The notes: generated by a model from the letters alone, not told the origin. Positions 1 through 9,873 are shown, counted from the first letter of the whole stretch. The stretch is DNA of 61,711 nucleotides, filler included, from Candidatus Woesearchaeota archaeon (GCA_023266675.1; 5 parts of 5 records of this genome joined end to end with filler, not necessarily neighbours in it), one strand, 5' to 3'. Made by a program: numbers and translations.

Positions 1-736
1 TATTATTTGCTAGCTTATCATCAAGAGTTTGTTTTAGTCTATAGCTTAAAAACTTTGGAGTGTATAGCATGACTTCTTCCAATGTTGGTATCTGAATCTG
101 TGTTGGTATGTCTTTTTCTTCAGTTAACAATTTTCCAGGAACATAAGAGATTAATGGAATCAATTTTTCCATATCTATACTTCCATCGCTTTTTCTAAAT
201 TGCACCAATCCTTCTTCTGAGATGAAAAAAAACCTAGATGAGGTATTGTCAAAGCTACTGTACCCTTCTCCAAAAAGAACTTCTTTTCTGTATTGATTGA
301 AGAATTTATTAATCTGATTTTCTGTAACAAGCGAGTCTATTGTTTTTTTAACGTGATTCCTTCTGAATAGTTCATATGCATTAGTACCAAGATTTATTGG
401 TATTGTAACCATATCATTCTGATTCTTACCATAGATTATTCCATCGCAAAGCATTATTGAATAAACTGTCGAACCGACGCCAAAGACTGTGTCATTCAAA
501 TCCTGCGCAAATGGAAATGTTGGCCTGTCAAGTGAAAGTCTTATTTCATCTATTTCTTTTTTTGCAGCTTCAACAAGACCTGGTTTGAATTCCCGTGCTG
601 CTAAAGTTTTGTCTAATGTACCGTTAAGTCTTCCATAAACATCCTCTCTTATGCTGCCAACTATCTTGTACAATGAGTCTCCTGGAGAAGAATATACCTG
701 CATTAAATTTGCTTCCTTAGCGTATTTTAGTGCCAT
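1..736 (-). CDS. hypothetical protein, runs off the window start (MALKYAKEANLMQVYSSPGD...)
   Basis: ATG at 736-734 directly follows the TAA of the upstream HD gene; the frame stays open for 245 codons to position 1; missing from the ORF track because it has no stop. Confidence 0.8.
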   Translation of the reverse strand, partial: MALKYAKEANLMQVYSSPGDSLYKIVGSIREDVYGRLNGTLDKTLAAREFKPGLVEAAKKEIDEIRLSLDRPTFPFAQDLNDTVFGVGSTVYSIMLCDGIIYGKNQNDMVTIPINLGTNAYELFRRNHVKKTIDSLVTENQINKFFNQYRKEVLFGEGYSSFDNTSSRFFFISEEGLVQFRKSDGSIDMEKLIPLISYVPGKLLTEEKDIPTQIQIPTLEEVMLYTPKFLSYRLKQTLDDKLANN

Positions 737-2296
737 TTAAAGCACCTTATTCATTGGCCTTTCATAAGTGACTTTTTCGCCTGTGACTTCATAATATGAA
801 TGGAATGAATCGACTCCCATCTTTTCTCGGTGCTCTTTTTTAGCTTTCCACTCATCGCTTCCCTTCTGGCCCATGTCATCATAATATCCAAGCTTTTGCT
901 CAATTCCAAGCTTTCCAAAACCTGAAAGTGAAAAATTATCATTTGCCATGAATGAATTATTTATTTCTTCAAACACAGTTAATGCTTTGTACTGCTGCAA
1001 CATAGTTTTATTTACATCTTCAATGACTGCCTCATTATTATTTACAATCTCATTCCACATGCCTCGTATAGTTCCGCTGTAGACATTATCATCAAATCCA
1101 TAATCAATAGATGAGAATCCTGACTTTGATTTATATTCTTCAAATGATTCATCATACTCTCCCTTCGCTTTCATCTCTGAATTTACATTATCCATTCCTT
1201 TTGCAATTATTCTCTTGTTTGCCTCAATTAATACGCTTCTTAAGTATTTCATTTTCTGATAATTTTCTCTTTTTACTGCTGATGAATCATCCTTATGGCT
1301 ATTAAGGTACTCTGTTACACGGTTTATCACATATGCACTTTTGTAAACATCTTTCATTCTCTTTGTAAATGTCTGCTCTTCATAAGTGTCAAGTGTGTTT
1401 GACATCCTGTCAGAAAGTTTTACGCACGCAGAAGCTTCAACTATATCTGTTATTTCGTTGTCGCTTAGAACAAGTTCTTCTCCTGTTTCATATTTATATC
1501 CTTCAAAAATGGATTTAAGACCAAATGTATTTTCAGTTATATTTCTGTCAAATATTCTTTCTATGCTTTGGTAATAATTTTCGTCAGATTCTATTCTTGT
1601 AACTTTCTGGAGTATAATTGATGAATAGACAAGTTCTCTTAATTCAGTCTTGTCAAGCGTGCTTGTTGAATCAGTTACCCTTGTTACTCTAGCCTTGCTT
1701 CTCTTTGCAGTTTCTTTTGATGCTAAAAACTGGTGTTCAAATAATTCATTTGTTAAAAGTTCAAGGGATGGAATGTCATCAGGTTTAATACCTTGATCAA
1801 TTTGCTTATTTTTTGCCCGTTCTTCTATATTATCATGGTTTATTCCTGCTGCAAGAACATAGTATGGAAAACTTAGCTCTGCAAGGATGTGCCCGACAGA
1901 AAGAGGATGCACAGCATATGGACTTCCGGAATTCCTTAATTTTCCCTGTTTATTGTACAAGTCTATTGTTCCAAATGTGACTTTAGGAATAATCGCCCTT
2001 CCATAAGGAGTTAAGTAATTAATTTGCATAATGTTAACAATTTCATTGTTTGTAAAATTTGTCTCGTTTTTTTCCTCTTCAACATCTGAAGTTATACCAA
2101 CTGCTTTACCAAGACCTTTTTTAAATTTGACAATCGGGCGTTCATCCACCATTTTTAGTTTTGCCAATAAATCGTTAAGAAGCATAATACTATCTTTATG
2201 AAATTCAAGATATCTATCTATAAATTCAGGAGGATTAAGCTGCCTAAGCTTAATATCTGTTTGTAAAGATTCCATGATAGGTTCAACTATACTCAT
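737..2296 (-). CDS. RelA/SpoT/Mesh1-type HD-domain hydrolase (HD_4-like) with long extensions
   Basis: motifs RNSGSPYAVHPLSVGHIL, AAGINHDNIEE and VKLSDRMSN match the (p)ppGpp hydrolase signature (R..G.PY..HP..V / HD..ED / KL.DR..N). Confidence 0.75.
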   Translation of the reverse strand: MSIVEPIMESLQTDIKLRQLNPPEFIDRYLEFHKDSIMLLNDLLAKLKMVDERPIVKFKKGLGKAVGITSDVEEEKNETNFTNNEIVNIMQINYLTPYGRAIIPKVTFGTIDLYNKQGKLRNSGSPYAVHPLSVGHILAELSFPYYVLAAGINHDNIEERAKNKQIDQGIKPDDIPSLELLTNELFEHQFLASKETAKRSKARVTRVTDSTSTLDKTELRELVYSSIILQKVTRIESDENYYQSIERIFDRNITENTFGLKSIFEGYKYETGEELVLSDNEITDIVEASACVKLSDRMSNTLDTYEEQTFTKRMKDVYKSAYVINRVTEYLNSHKDDSSAVKRENYQKMKYLRSVLIEANKRIIAKGMDNVNSEMKAKGEYDESFEEYKSKSGFSSIDYGFDDNVYSGTIRGMWNEIVNNNEAVIEDVNKTMLQQYKALTVFEEINNSFMANDNFSLSGFGKLGIEQKLGYYDDMGQKGSDEWKAKKEHREKMGVDSFHSYYEVTGEKVTYERPMNKVL

Positions 2297-2319
2297 TTTA
2301 TCTAGTAAACCCAGCTGTA

Positions 2320-2333
2320 TTTATAAACTTTTC
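2320..2333 (-). promoter_or_regulatory. archaeal BRE/TATA promoter (AAAAGTTTATAAA on minus strand), probably a leaderless transcript
   Basis: TATA box about 25-30 nt upstream of ATG 2296; similar AAAG(T/C)TTTATA(A/T)A elements precede many genes in the window. Confidence 0.6.
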
Positions 2334-2371
2334 CACTTGTTATCATTACTTAGTGAAGAATTTAATGTATT

Positions 2372-2824
2372 TTAGGTATTCCAATGCTTATCACCGACGA
2401 AGTGTAGATTTTTTACAGCCTTGCCTGAAGTCATAAGCTTCATCTCTGGCGCATTAAATAACGATTCTCCTATAGAAAGCGGTTTCTTATTCTTCTCATC
2501 AATTACTGCCACAACATCTCCTTTTGAGATTGTTTCATCGATATTTACAATTCCCGGCCTCATGACATCAGCACCTGAAACAACAAATTTAACAGCACCC
2601 ATGTCAACAGTTATGTTTTTTAGGATTATTTTGCCTTCCAAAATAATTTTTAATGAAGGAATTATTTTATCATTAATCTTAAAGAAAAAGAGTTTGTCAT
2701 TAACATAATAAACTGAGTCATCAACCAGCTCAACCTTGTCATTCTTAGAAAAATTGAAGCCGTATGCGGCTATCTTCTCATTTAATTCTTTAATGTCGGA
2801 TTTTCTTAAAGAGACTTTTTTCAT
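2372..2824 (-). CDS. PUA-domain RNA-binding protein (DUF1947/MCT-1-like)
   Basis: VDMGAVKFVVSGADVMRPGI and GKAVKNLHFVGD. Confidence 0.9.
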   Translation of the reverse strand: MKKVSLRKSDIKELNEKIAAYGFNFSKNDKVELVDDSVYYVNDKLFFFKINDKIIPSLKIILEGKIILKNITVDMGAVKFVVSGADVMRPGIVNIDETISKGDVVAVIDEKNKKPLSIGESLFNAPEMKLMTSGKAVKNLHFVGDKHWNT

Positions 2825-3207
2825 TATAAAACCTCAATTTTAACTTCTGCAAAAGCTTCTGGATTTGTTAATTTTTTTATTATGCGTCTGTCAATGTCAA
2901 TCGCTGCTTTGCTTGCATTTATCCCAAGTGTTCTTTTTGACAAAAATCCTGTTTTTCGAATGACTATCTCGTGACTATCATCAAAAGAGGAATTTACTTC
3001 GCTAATCAGACTATCAGTTAATCCATCACAATGAATTGAGATTTTTATTTTTTTGGCGTTTATGATTTCTTTTGTTACTTTAAAATCAGAATTTACGCCA
3101 ATTATGCAGTCGCCATTTTTTGTAAGCTCTAAATCTTTTGTGAACTCAAGCGTATTCCCGTGCTCGCCAAGCATATTATGATGACCGTATATTTTAAATT
3201 TCATCAA
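2824..3207 (-). CDS. DUF371 family protein
   Basis: GH.N....H..TLEFTKD..LT..GDCIIGV, IVIRK..F...RTL.I.A.KAA.D. Confidence 0.9.
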   Translation of the reverse strand: MMKFKIYGHHNMLGEHGNTLEFTKDLELTKNGDCIIGVNSDFKVTKEIINAKKIKISIHCDGLTDSLISEVNSSFDDSHEIVIRKTGFLSKRTLGINASKAAIDIDRRIIKKLTNPEAFAEVKIEVL

Positions 3208-3216
3208 AATTCCTGT

Positions 3217-3459
3217 TTATTTTTTAAGCAAATCCTCAATAGGCTTTGATGCGCCTTTTTTTGATGCTGTCTGTTTTTGCGCCTGGACTTCTTTTGTCAA
3301 ATCAATTCCTAAATCCTGAAGCCCTTTTATGTGCATCTGCATTAACTGCTCAACTATTGACACCATCTTTGAAAGTTCCTGTCTTTCTGCCGCAAGAGTT
3401 TTTAATGCGCCTTTATGGAATCCTACCTGTTCGTCTTTTGAAATTTTTTGTTCAGTCAT
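3217..3459 (-). CDS. small coiled-coil hypothetical protein
   Basis: 80 aa ORF with AGGTGA Shine-Dalgarno, co-directional with neighbours. Confidence 0.75.
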   Translation of the reverse strand: MTEQKISKDEQVGFHKGALKTLAAERQELSKMVSIVEQLMQMHIKGLQDLGIDLTKEVQAQKQTASKKGASKPIEDLLKK

Positions 3460-3551
3460 ATTATCACCTTGAATTATGTTGTTGATTATACTATTAATTG
3501 CTAGTATTTAAAACTTGATGATAAGGATAAATAAAGAAGTTGAAAAAATTG

Positions 3552-4529
3552 TTATTTATCTCTAATGGTGTGGCACGTAAGTCCGGGATGCTTGTCAAAA
3601 TAATCCTGATGATAATCCTCTGCCGGATAAAATTCTGTTGCGAGAACAATCTGCGTTACTGCAGGCTTACTAAAAACCTTTTTTGCGTCAAACTCTTTTT
3701 TGCTTTTTTCTGCAATCGCTCGTTGTTTTTCATTATAGTAGAATATTGCAGACCTGTATTGAGTCCCAAAATCTGGTCCCTGTCTGTTTTCCTGTGTTGG
3801 GTCGTGAAGGCGCCAGAAATAGTCAAGCAATTCTTTGTAAGAAATGACTTTTGGGTCAAAAATAACTTCTACAGATTCTGCGTGCCCAGTTTTTCCAGAA
3901 CTAACCTGTTCATAAGTTGGATTTTTTGTCGTTCCTCCAGTGTATCCTGAAGTTGCTGAAATAACGCCGGGAATATCCTGTAATAATTTTTCAACTCCCC
4001 AAAAGCATCCTCCTGCAAAAGTTGCTTTTTCAAAGTTGAACAATGATGTGAAATTGCCATATCCTTGTTTTTCAAAATCTTCGTACGGGATAAATTTAAG
4101 TGATGCAGAGTTTATGCAGTATCTTTCTTTGCCATTTGGTCCGTCATCAAATACGTGCCCAAGATGTGATGCGTTGGTACTTACTTCTGTTCGAAGTGTA
4201 CCAAGACTCATGTCTGGCTTTGTATGTATTGAGGCGTTTTCAATAGGTTTTGTGAAACTTGGCCAGCCTGTTCCTGAGTCAAACTTGTCAATGCTTGTGA
4301 ATAACGGCTCACCAGTGTTTACGTCAACGTAAATTCCTGGTCGATGCTCATTCCAGTAAGCGTTTTTATATGGCGGCTCAGTGCCGCACTCTTTTGTTAC
4401 ATACTCAGTGAGATTAGTTGTGTTATTCTTTTTCATTGTTTCTCCAGTTTTATCAATATTGCATGCGGTTAAGATAATAGAGAATAATAACAAAAATGTT
4501 ATGAGGATATTATAAAATATTCTCTTCAT
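3552..4529 (-). CDS. msrAB: bifunctional methionine sulfoxide reductase MsrB-MsrA with lipoprotein signal peptide
   Basis: MsrB KFDSGTGWPSF and HLGHVF..RYCINS; MsrA GGCFWG and AEDYHQDY; N-terminal hydrophobic stretch ending LTAC. Confidence 0.93.
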   Translation of the reverse strand: MKRIFYNILITFLLLFSIILTACNIDKTGETMKKNNTTNLTEYVTKECGTEPPYKNAYWNEHRPGIYVDVNTGEPLFTSIDKFDSGTGWPSFTKPIENASIHTKPDMSLGTLRTEVSTNASHLGHVFDDGPNGKERYCINSASLKFIPYEDFEKQGYGNFTSLFNFEKATFAGGCFWGVEKLLQDIPGVISATSGYTGGTTKNPTYEQVSSGKTGHAESVEVIFDPKVISYKELLDYFWRLHDPTQENRQGPDFGTQYRSAIFYYNEKQRAIAEKSKKEFDAKKVFSKPAVTQIVLATEFYPAEDYHQDYFDKHPGLTCHTIRDK

Positions 4530-4717
4530 GATTATATGAATATAATTGTATTTATATTATTGTACTTTAATAAGATATGAAGATAAAATTTGTAAGCATT
4601 TTATGATATGATTCTCCCAAAAACCTAGTTGATACTAAAACTAAACTAGAAATTTAATTAACTACTTTAAAATAACAAATAAAGTATAGATTTAAATATT
4701 ATCCATAAATTTCCAAG

Positions 4718-6118
4718 ATGATGGCATCATCTTTTAGTCATGGAAAAGGAAATTCGCTAGATATGACGGCACGGTTTTCTCCTTCGCATGCAGGAGATTA
4801 TTTGCGTCTTTGCGGAGATGACCCAGAATTTGTGGATAATGCACTTTCTTTTATGCAAAAATATCCAAACTCGCAGTTTATTCTTAGAAGTGATTCAACT
4901 ATTGAAGATTCTGTTGTTGAAAAGGGGGATGATTTACAAATTGCTACATTTGCAGGTTTATTTGATTCATATACCATTGAAGCAACAATGGAAAGCATTC
5001 AAAAAACAAAGGAGAACATTTCTTCAATTCATGACCTTGCAACAAATAACCATTCACTTCTTTTTGATTATGTTGAAAGATTAAAGGTTGACATAAAAAG
5101 GGATATGAAGATGTGCGCAAAGGAGTATAAAGCAATTCAGCTAGATATGAAAAATGAAAAAGATGATGGATATTATAGCAGTATGGCATTATCTCACAAT
5201 ATTGATAGTATACAGGAGTCAGCAGCTACTTTAAGAATTCTTAGAAAAATACAAAGTTCAGAAAGGATATCAATATCTTCTTTAGAAGAGCATGTTAAAG
5301 AATTAATAAAAGTAAAACATTATGTTGGCTGCGGAGTTGAAGAGCAGTTAAAGATGGCTGAAGACATAAGAAGATATAGTGAATTTCGTGGAGCGGATAT
5401 TTCACTATCAAAAATGAATTTTGTTTTACAGCAAAGATATAATGGTATTAATATATTAATTGCAGAGCACCCTAATATTGAAGGGCAAGTTCATATGGAA
5501 TCTCTTCTTCCTCTTAATGGACCAAATCCTGATGATGAAAGATTATGGTTTGATGAAAACTTTAAGTTAAGTGAAGCTAAAGAATTTAAAAAAGAATTTT
5601 ATGACATAATTTCTACATTTTTTTCTATTATTTCCAATGGAAGAAAAGAAGGGCTGTTAAGGCAGGATGTTGCTTATATGGCGGAAGCAATTGCAGGTCC
5701 TCAAAAGATTGTACAGATTCGCCCATATTTTTTAAGAACTATAGTTCCTGAAGAAGAATATCCAAGCCCAGGACAAGGACTTGGAATTATTCCAAATGAG
5801 GGGTTTAGTTTTAAATGGAATGCAGACAAGAAAAGATATGATGGATTACATGCTTTTAACCCAAGAAATCATATGAGAGAAGATAAAAATTTACCTTATG
5901 ACGTTGTAAACGAAGAAAGAGTCAAAGTTATGACTGTAGAAGATGAAAGTAGAGTGGCAGGTAATTATCTCTCACATCAAGGAATAAGAAATATTGAAGG
6001 CGTAAAGTATTTTCAAACATATAATCCAGGTTTAAGAAAAGTATGGGGAAAGCAGGAAATAAGATTTTCCGGAGAAAATGGGATTGGTTCTTTTTCTAAA
6101 CTTCCCAAAAACTTATAA
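4718..6118 (+). CDS. divergent PEP-synthase/PPDK-like ATP-grasp protein with a possible phospho-His motif
   Basis: ILRSDSTIEDS...TFAGLFDSY, FVLQQ, IVQIRPY, GNYLSHQGIRNIEG. Confidence 0.55.
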   Translation: MMASSFSHGKGNSLDMTARFSPSHAGDYLRLCGDDPEFVDNALSFMQKYPNSQFILRSDSTIEDSVVEKGDDLQIATFAGLFDSYTIEATMESIQKTKENISSIHDLATNNHSLLFDYVERLKVDIKRDMKMCAKEYKAIQLDMKNEKDDGYYSSMALSHNIDSIQESAATLRILRKIQSSERISISSLEEHVKELIKVKHYVGCGVEEQLKMAEDIRRYSEFRGADISLSKMNFVLQQRYNGINILIAEHPNIEGQVHMESLLPLNGPNPDDERLWFDENFKLSEAKEFKKEFYDIISTFFSIISNGRKEGLLRQDVAYMAEAIAGPQKIVQIRPYFLRTIVPEEEYPSPGQGLGIIPNEGFSFKWNADKKRYDGLHAFNPRNHMREDKNLPYDVVNEERVKVMTVEDESRVAGNYLSHQGIRNIEGVKYFQTYNPGLRKVWGKQEIRFSGENGIGSFSKLPKNL

Positions 6119-6141
6119 ATCAGGGTGAACCTATTTAGTCT

Positions 6142-8292
6142 ATGTCGCTAGGAAAAATTATAGGCAAAGTTACAACCAACCATTTCTCATTCAAGGCAGA
6201 GGCTGAGGTAAAGAAGTTTGAGTTCATTCAGGTTTTGCACAAGAATTATGGTGATGTTCTATGCCAAATTATAGAGATTGAAAACTCTAAGGATGACGTC
6301 ATCGCAAAATGCGCAATTGTTGGATATAAGGATGAAGAAGGAAAGATTAGGCAGCTAAGAATTCCTTTTGAAGTTAATAGCGAAATCAACCTTGCAACTG
6401 ATGAATTTATTAAGAAAATAATTCTTTTCAAAGACCCGTTAAAAGGCGCTTATCTTGGAAAGCTTGACGGAAAAGAGATAGAGATTCGAATTGACTTAGC
6501 AACGGTACTTACCAAACACGTTGCTATTCTTGCAAAAAGCGGCGCTGGAAAAAGCTACACTGTAGGAGTGCTTATTGAAGAAATTCTTAACAAAAAAGTT
6601 CCTTTATTAATCATTGACCCTCACGGCGAATACTCTGAGATGAAGAATCCTAATGATGACGAAAAAGACAGACTTGAAATGTTTGGATTAAAACCAAAGG
6701 GATTTAGAAACGTAAAAGAGTATGGCGACATAAAAATTAATCCCCAGCTTAAGCCGTTAAAGCTTGATGATAACCTGACAGCTAGCGAGGCTATACAGCT
6801 TTTGCCTGGAAAACCGACAGGAACACAGATGGGAATACTGTACAACGCCATAAAGCATGTTAAAAGAATAAATTTTGCAAACATCCTTGAAGAGCTTGAG
6901 CGCGAAGACAACAATGCAAAATGGACACTGATAAACAGTCTTGACTATATTAACAACCTTGACATTTTTTCTGAGATACACGTTTCATATAATGAGATGA
7001 TTTCAACAGGCGTCTGCTCAATAATAAATCTAAAGGGAGTGCCACCAGACGTCCAGGAAATAATTGTTTACAAACTCTTAAAGGATTTGTTTGAGCTGCG
7101 AAAACAAAACAAAGTTCCGCCTTTTTTTACAGTAATTGAAGAAGCGCACAACTACTGCCCTGAGCGAAGCTTTGGCGAAACAAAGTGTTCAAAAGTCATT
7201 AGAACAATAGCGAGCGAAGGAAGAAAATTTGGCCTAGGAATATGCGTTGTATCGCAACGTCCGGCAAGAGTTGACAAGTCAGTTGTCTCACAATGTACAA
7301 CCCAGCTTATACTAAAAATCACTAACCCAAATGATTTGAAAGCGGTCTCTTCATCAGTTGAGGGGATAACTAGCGAGTCAGAGGAAGAAATAAGAAATCT
7401 TGCAATAGGTACTGCAATGGTTACAGGAATAACTGATATGCCTCTATTTGTAAAAATACGTCCAAGAATGACTAAGCACGGCGGACGAGCAGTTAATATA
7501 ATGGATAATGATAACAGCGGAAATGACAGCGATGACGTTTTTGAAAAAATCGAGGACTTCAAGGACATGGAGCTTATACCGATAATTAAGCCAAAGATAA
7601 CTCTTGAAGACATGAAAGTGATGAATCCTGACTATGATGTAAAAGCAGTTATTGTACCGTCATACCTATTTCTTTGCAAAGAAAAAGATAAGGAGTTCAA
7701 AGTCCTTGTTGAAATGGAAAACGGCGAGATAGTGGTTGACGTTGACGAGTTTAAGACAAAACGACTTCCAAGGCTGCAGGAGCTCTCACCTGAAGAGATA
7801 AAGATATTGAAGTTTGCTTATACAAAAAAGAATTTCACAGAAGAAGACGTCATTAAAAAAGGATTCTCACTTGACTCTACAAAAACAATAAAAGAATTAG
7901 TAAAAAAAGATTTTGTAATAAAGAACGGAAGCGAGTTTGTGCTGAGTGATGACTACATCTTCTCTTCGCTTTCAAAAAACGCGTGCCTCTACAAAGTCGA
8001 AGTTGACGCAAACAAGTATGGCGATAAAGTTGAAAAAAAGGCAAAGCTTGACGTTGTAAAGTCTGAACTGACAAAGTTTACGGAAGTTTTAGATAAACAG
8101 GACTGCTATGTCTTAAAATATGTTCTTGAAAAAGCTGCTAAGAAAAAGAAAGAAATAACTGAGAAGAAGAAAGAGACTTCTGAAGTAAAAGTTGAGCAGA
8201 AAGAAAAAAGTGATGATAAGAAAAAAGATAATGTTGAAAGTGGAAATATAGATACAATTTCTAAAAAAGACGAAATACAAAAAATGATATAA
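6142..8292 (+). CDS. HerA/DUF87-family ATPase with N-terminal HAS-barrel and C-terminal extension
   Basis: HVAILAKSGAGKS (Walker A), IIDPHGEY, VIEEAHNY (Walker B), SEGRKFG, SQRPA. Confidence 0.9.
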   Translation: MSLGKIIGKVTTNHFSFKAEAEVKKFEFIQVLHKNYGDVLCQIIEIENSKDDVIAKCAIVGYKDEEGKIRQLRIPFEVNSEINLATDEFIKKIILFKDPLKGAYLGKLDGKEIEIRIDLATVLTKHVAILAKSGAGKSYTVGVLIEEILNKKVPLLIIDPHGEYSEMKNPNDDEKDRLEMFGLKPKGFRNVKEYGDIKINPQLKPLKLDDNLTASEAIQLLPGKPTGTQMGILYNAIKHVKRINFANILEELEREDNNAKWTLINSLDYINNLDIFSEIHVSYNEMISTGVCSIINLKGVPPDVQEIIVYKLLKDLFELRKQNKVPPFFTVIEEAHNYCPERSFGETKCSKVIRTIASEGRKFGLGICVVSQRPARVDKSVVSQCTTQLILKITNPNDLKAVSSSVEGITSESEEEIRNLAIGTAMVTGITDMPLFVKIRPRMTKHGGRAVNIMDNDNSGNDSDDVFEKIEDFKDMELIPIIKPKITLEDMKVMNPDYDVKAVIVPSYLFLCKEKDKEFKVLVEMENGEIVVDVDEFKTKRLPRLQELSPEEIKILKFAYTKKNFTEEDVIKKGFSLDSTKTIKELVKKDFVIKNGSEFVLSDDYIFSSLSKNACLYKVEVDANKYGDKVEKKAKLDVVKSELTKFTEVLDKQDCYVLKYVLEKAAKKKKEITEKKKETSEVKVEQKEKSDDKKKDNVESGNIDTISKKDEIQKMI

Positions 8293-8352
8293 CCAATGAA
8301 TAAGTTAATATTCTCAGTTAACTTTTTATATTCTTCCCATGAATAAGAGAAC

Positions 8353-8904
8353 ATGACATTTGATTTCATGCAATTTTATCAGGATATCATACTAAACAAG
8401 ATAGTTACGTCGCTGATAATGTTCTTCCTTGGATTCATGCTTGGAAAGATTGCAAGCAACCTGACTAAAAGATTTTTAGAAGAGATAAACATAAACAAAA
8501 AAACACTAAATACGTTCTTGGGTCGTATAAATCTTGAAACATTACTCTCAAACATTGTAGCTTATGTTATTTATCTTTCTACAGTTATAATGGCTTTAAA
8601 CAATATTGGAATAACAAGATATGTATTTACAGGTCTTATAATCTTCTTCGGATTAATGCTTATATCTACACTCGTGCTTGACATACGGGATTTTTTACCA
8701 AACATATTCGCTTTTATTAAAATAAAAAACAAGAAATATTTCTTCAAAGGTGACAGAATAAGAACACACCTTGCCGAAGGAGTTGTAAAAAATATAACCC
8801 CCCTGACAACAAGAATAATAACTGACAGAGGAGACGAGCTTTACATCCAGAATTACGCGGTCATAGAAAACTTGACTGTAGAGAAGAAAGCAAACAAGAA
8901 TTAA
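8353..8904 (+). CDS. MscS-family small mechanosensitive channel-like membrane protein
   Basis: 3 TM helices followed by GDRI...EGVV..I...TT.I.T..GD. Confidence 0.75.
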   Translation: MTFDFMQFYQDIILNKIVTSLIMFFLGFMLGKIASNLTKRFLEEININKKTLNTFLGRINLETLLSNIVAYVIYLSTVIMALNNIGITRYVFTGLIIFFGLMLISTLVLDIRDFLPNIFAFIKIKNKKYFFKGDRIRTHLAEGVVKNITPLTTRIITDRGDELYIQNYAVIENLTVEKKANKN

Positions 8905-9149
8905 TTATGAAGTGATTCTAGCATGCTTACAATATTCCATACCTGGGTTCTGGTATATGCCTGAAGGTTTGAGTCTTCTGATATCTCTTCAAGCTCATGA
9001 AGCGCCCTGTCAACCTTTAAAGAAAGCTCATCAGCATGATTTAAACTTGCAACAATGTTATTTATTTTCTCCCTGATATTTTTAGGGATTGTATTATCAT
9101 TTGCAACTTCATGAAGCGCGTCAAGTATTTCCTGTGTTTTTTCTTTCAT
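8901..9149 (-). CDS. UPF0147 family protein
   Basis: D.TIPKNIR and LEEISED.NL..YTRTQVWNIVSMLE. Confidence 0.9.
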   Translation of the reverse strand: MKEKTQEILDALHEVANDNTIPKNIREKINNIVASLNHADELSLKVDRALHELEEISEDSNLQAYTRTQVWNIVSMLESLHN

Positions 9150-9155
9150 TTGTAA

Positions 9156-9494
9156 TCACTTCTTTTTCATTGCATCCATTACTTCTTTTTGTATGTCAGT
9201 AATTTTCTGCTTTAATTTTTCTTCCTGCTTCTGCACTGACTTGACCCTTATGTCAAGCATTTCTTTTTTTGATGATAATTCTATTTTTAGCGCTTCAGCA
9301 TCAGCTGCTATCATAATATTTCCTATTATTCTATAAGCGTTTTTTGTTTTTGATATTTCAGAAAGCGAGCTTTCAACTTCCATTGTCTGCGCCTGAAAAG
9401 TCTGCCTTTGGTTTATTAAAGAATGAAGGTTCTGTTCAATTAATTGAATTTCATTTATTTTTTCCTGCATATGATTATTTTCTTCAGTTTTCAT
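9156..9494 (-). CDS. pfdB: prefoldin subunit beta
   Basis: coiled coils around AYRIIGNIMI; located in the L37ae-RpoP-Pcc1 cluster. Confidence 0.9.
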   Translation of the reverse strand: MKTEENNHMQEKINEIQLIEQNLHSLINQRQTFQAQTMEVESSLSEISKTKNAYRIIGNIMIAADAEALKIELSSKKEMLDIRVKSVQKQEEKLKQKITDIQKEVMDAMKKK

Positions 9495-9726
9495 TTTTTA
9501 CCGCCATAATGGTTTTCTCATATATTGAGATAAGCTTTGATACCGAATTTAATATTGCCCTAAACGCTGTTGCGTCATCAGCTTTTATTATTATTAAAAA
9601 ATCATTTTTAACTGCTTTAAATGAATAGCTTGCCCTGTCATTTTTAAGTTCAGAGCGCTCAGTTTCAAAAAGTTTTTTAAGCGCCTTTGCGCTGTTAGAT
9701 ATATTTAAAGTTGCAGATAGTTTCAT
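9484..9726 (-). CDS. pcc1: KEOPS complex subunit Pcc1
   Basis: DRA...IKADDATAFRAILNS; conserved archaeal gene context. Confidence 0.8.
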   Translation of the reverse strand: MKLSATLNISNSAKALKKLFETERSELKNDRASYSFKAVKNDFLIIIKADDATAFRAILNSVSKLISIYEKTIMAVKNEN

Positions 9727-9860
9727 CTTGCCTTTATTTTTGTAATTGCAACTCTTGGCTTAAAAAGCATCTTTGAACCGCAGTAAGGGCATCTGACTTT
9801 CTTTCTTAAATAAGTCTGTGCCACTAGTTTATTGCACTGGAAACATTTATAGTCAGCCAT
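9723..9860 (-). CDS. rpoP: DNA-directed RNA polymerase subunit P (Rpo12)
   Basis: manual translation MADYKCFQCNKLVAQTYLRKKVRCPYCGSKMLFKPRVAITKIKAR; below the ORF-track cutoff; ATGA overlap with pcc1. Confidence 0.93.
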   Translation of the reverse strand: MADYKCFQCNKLVAQTYLRKKVRCPYCGSKMLFKPRVAITKIKAR

Positions 9861-9873
9861 CATAATTCACCTT

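Noticed and set aside
6142..8292. Calling this gene the repair helicase herA or a HerA anti-phage system
   Set aside because: No nurA/mre11/rad50 or Sir2/nuclease partner is adjacent; left as a HerA-family ATPase
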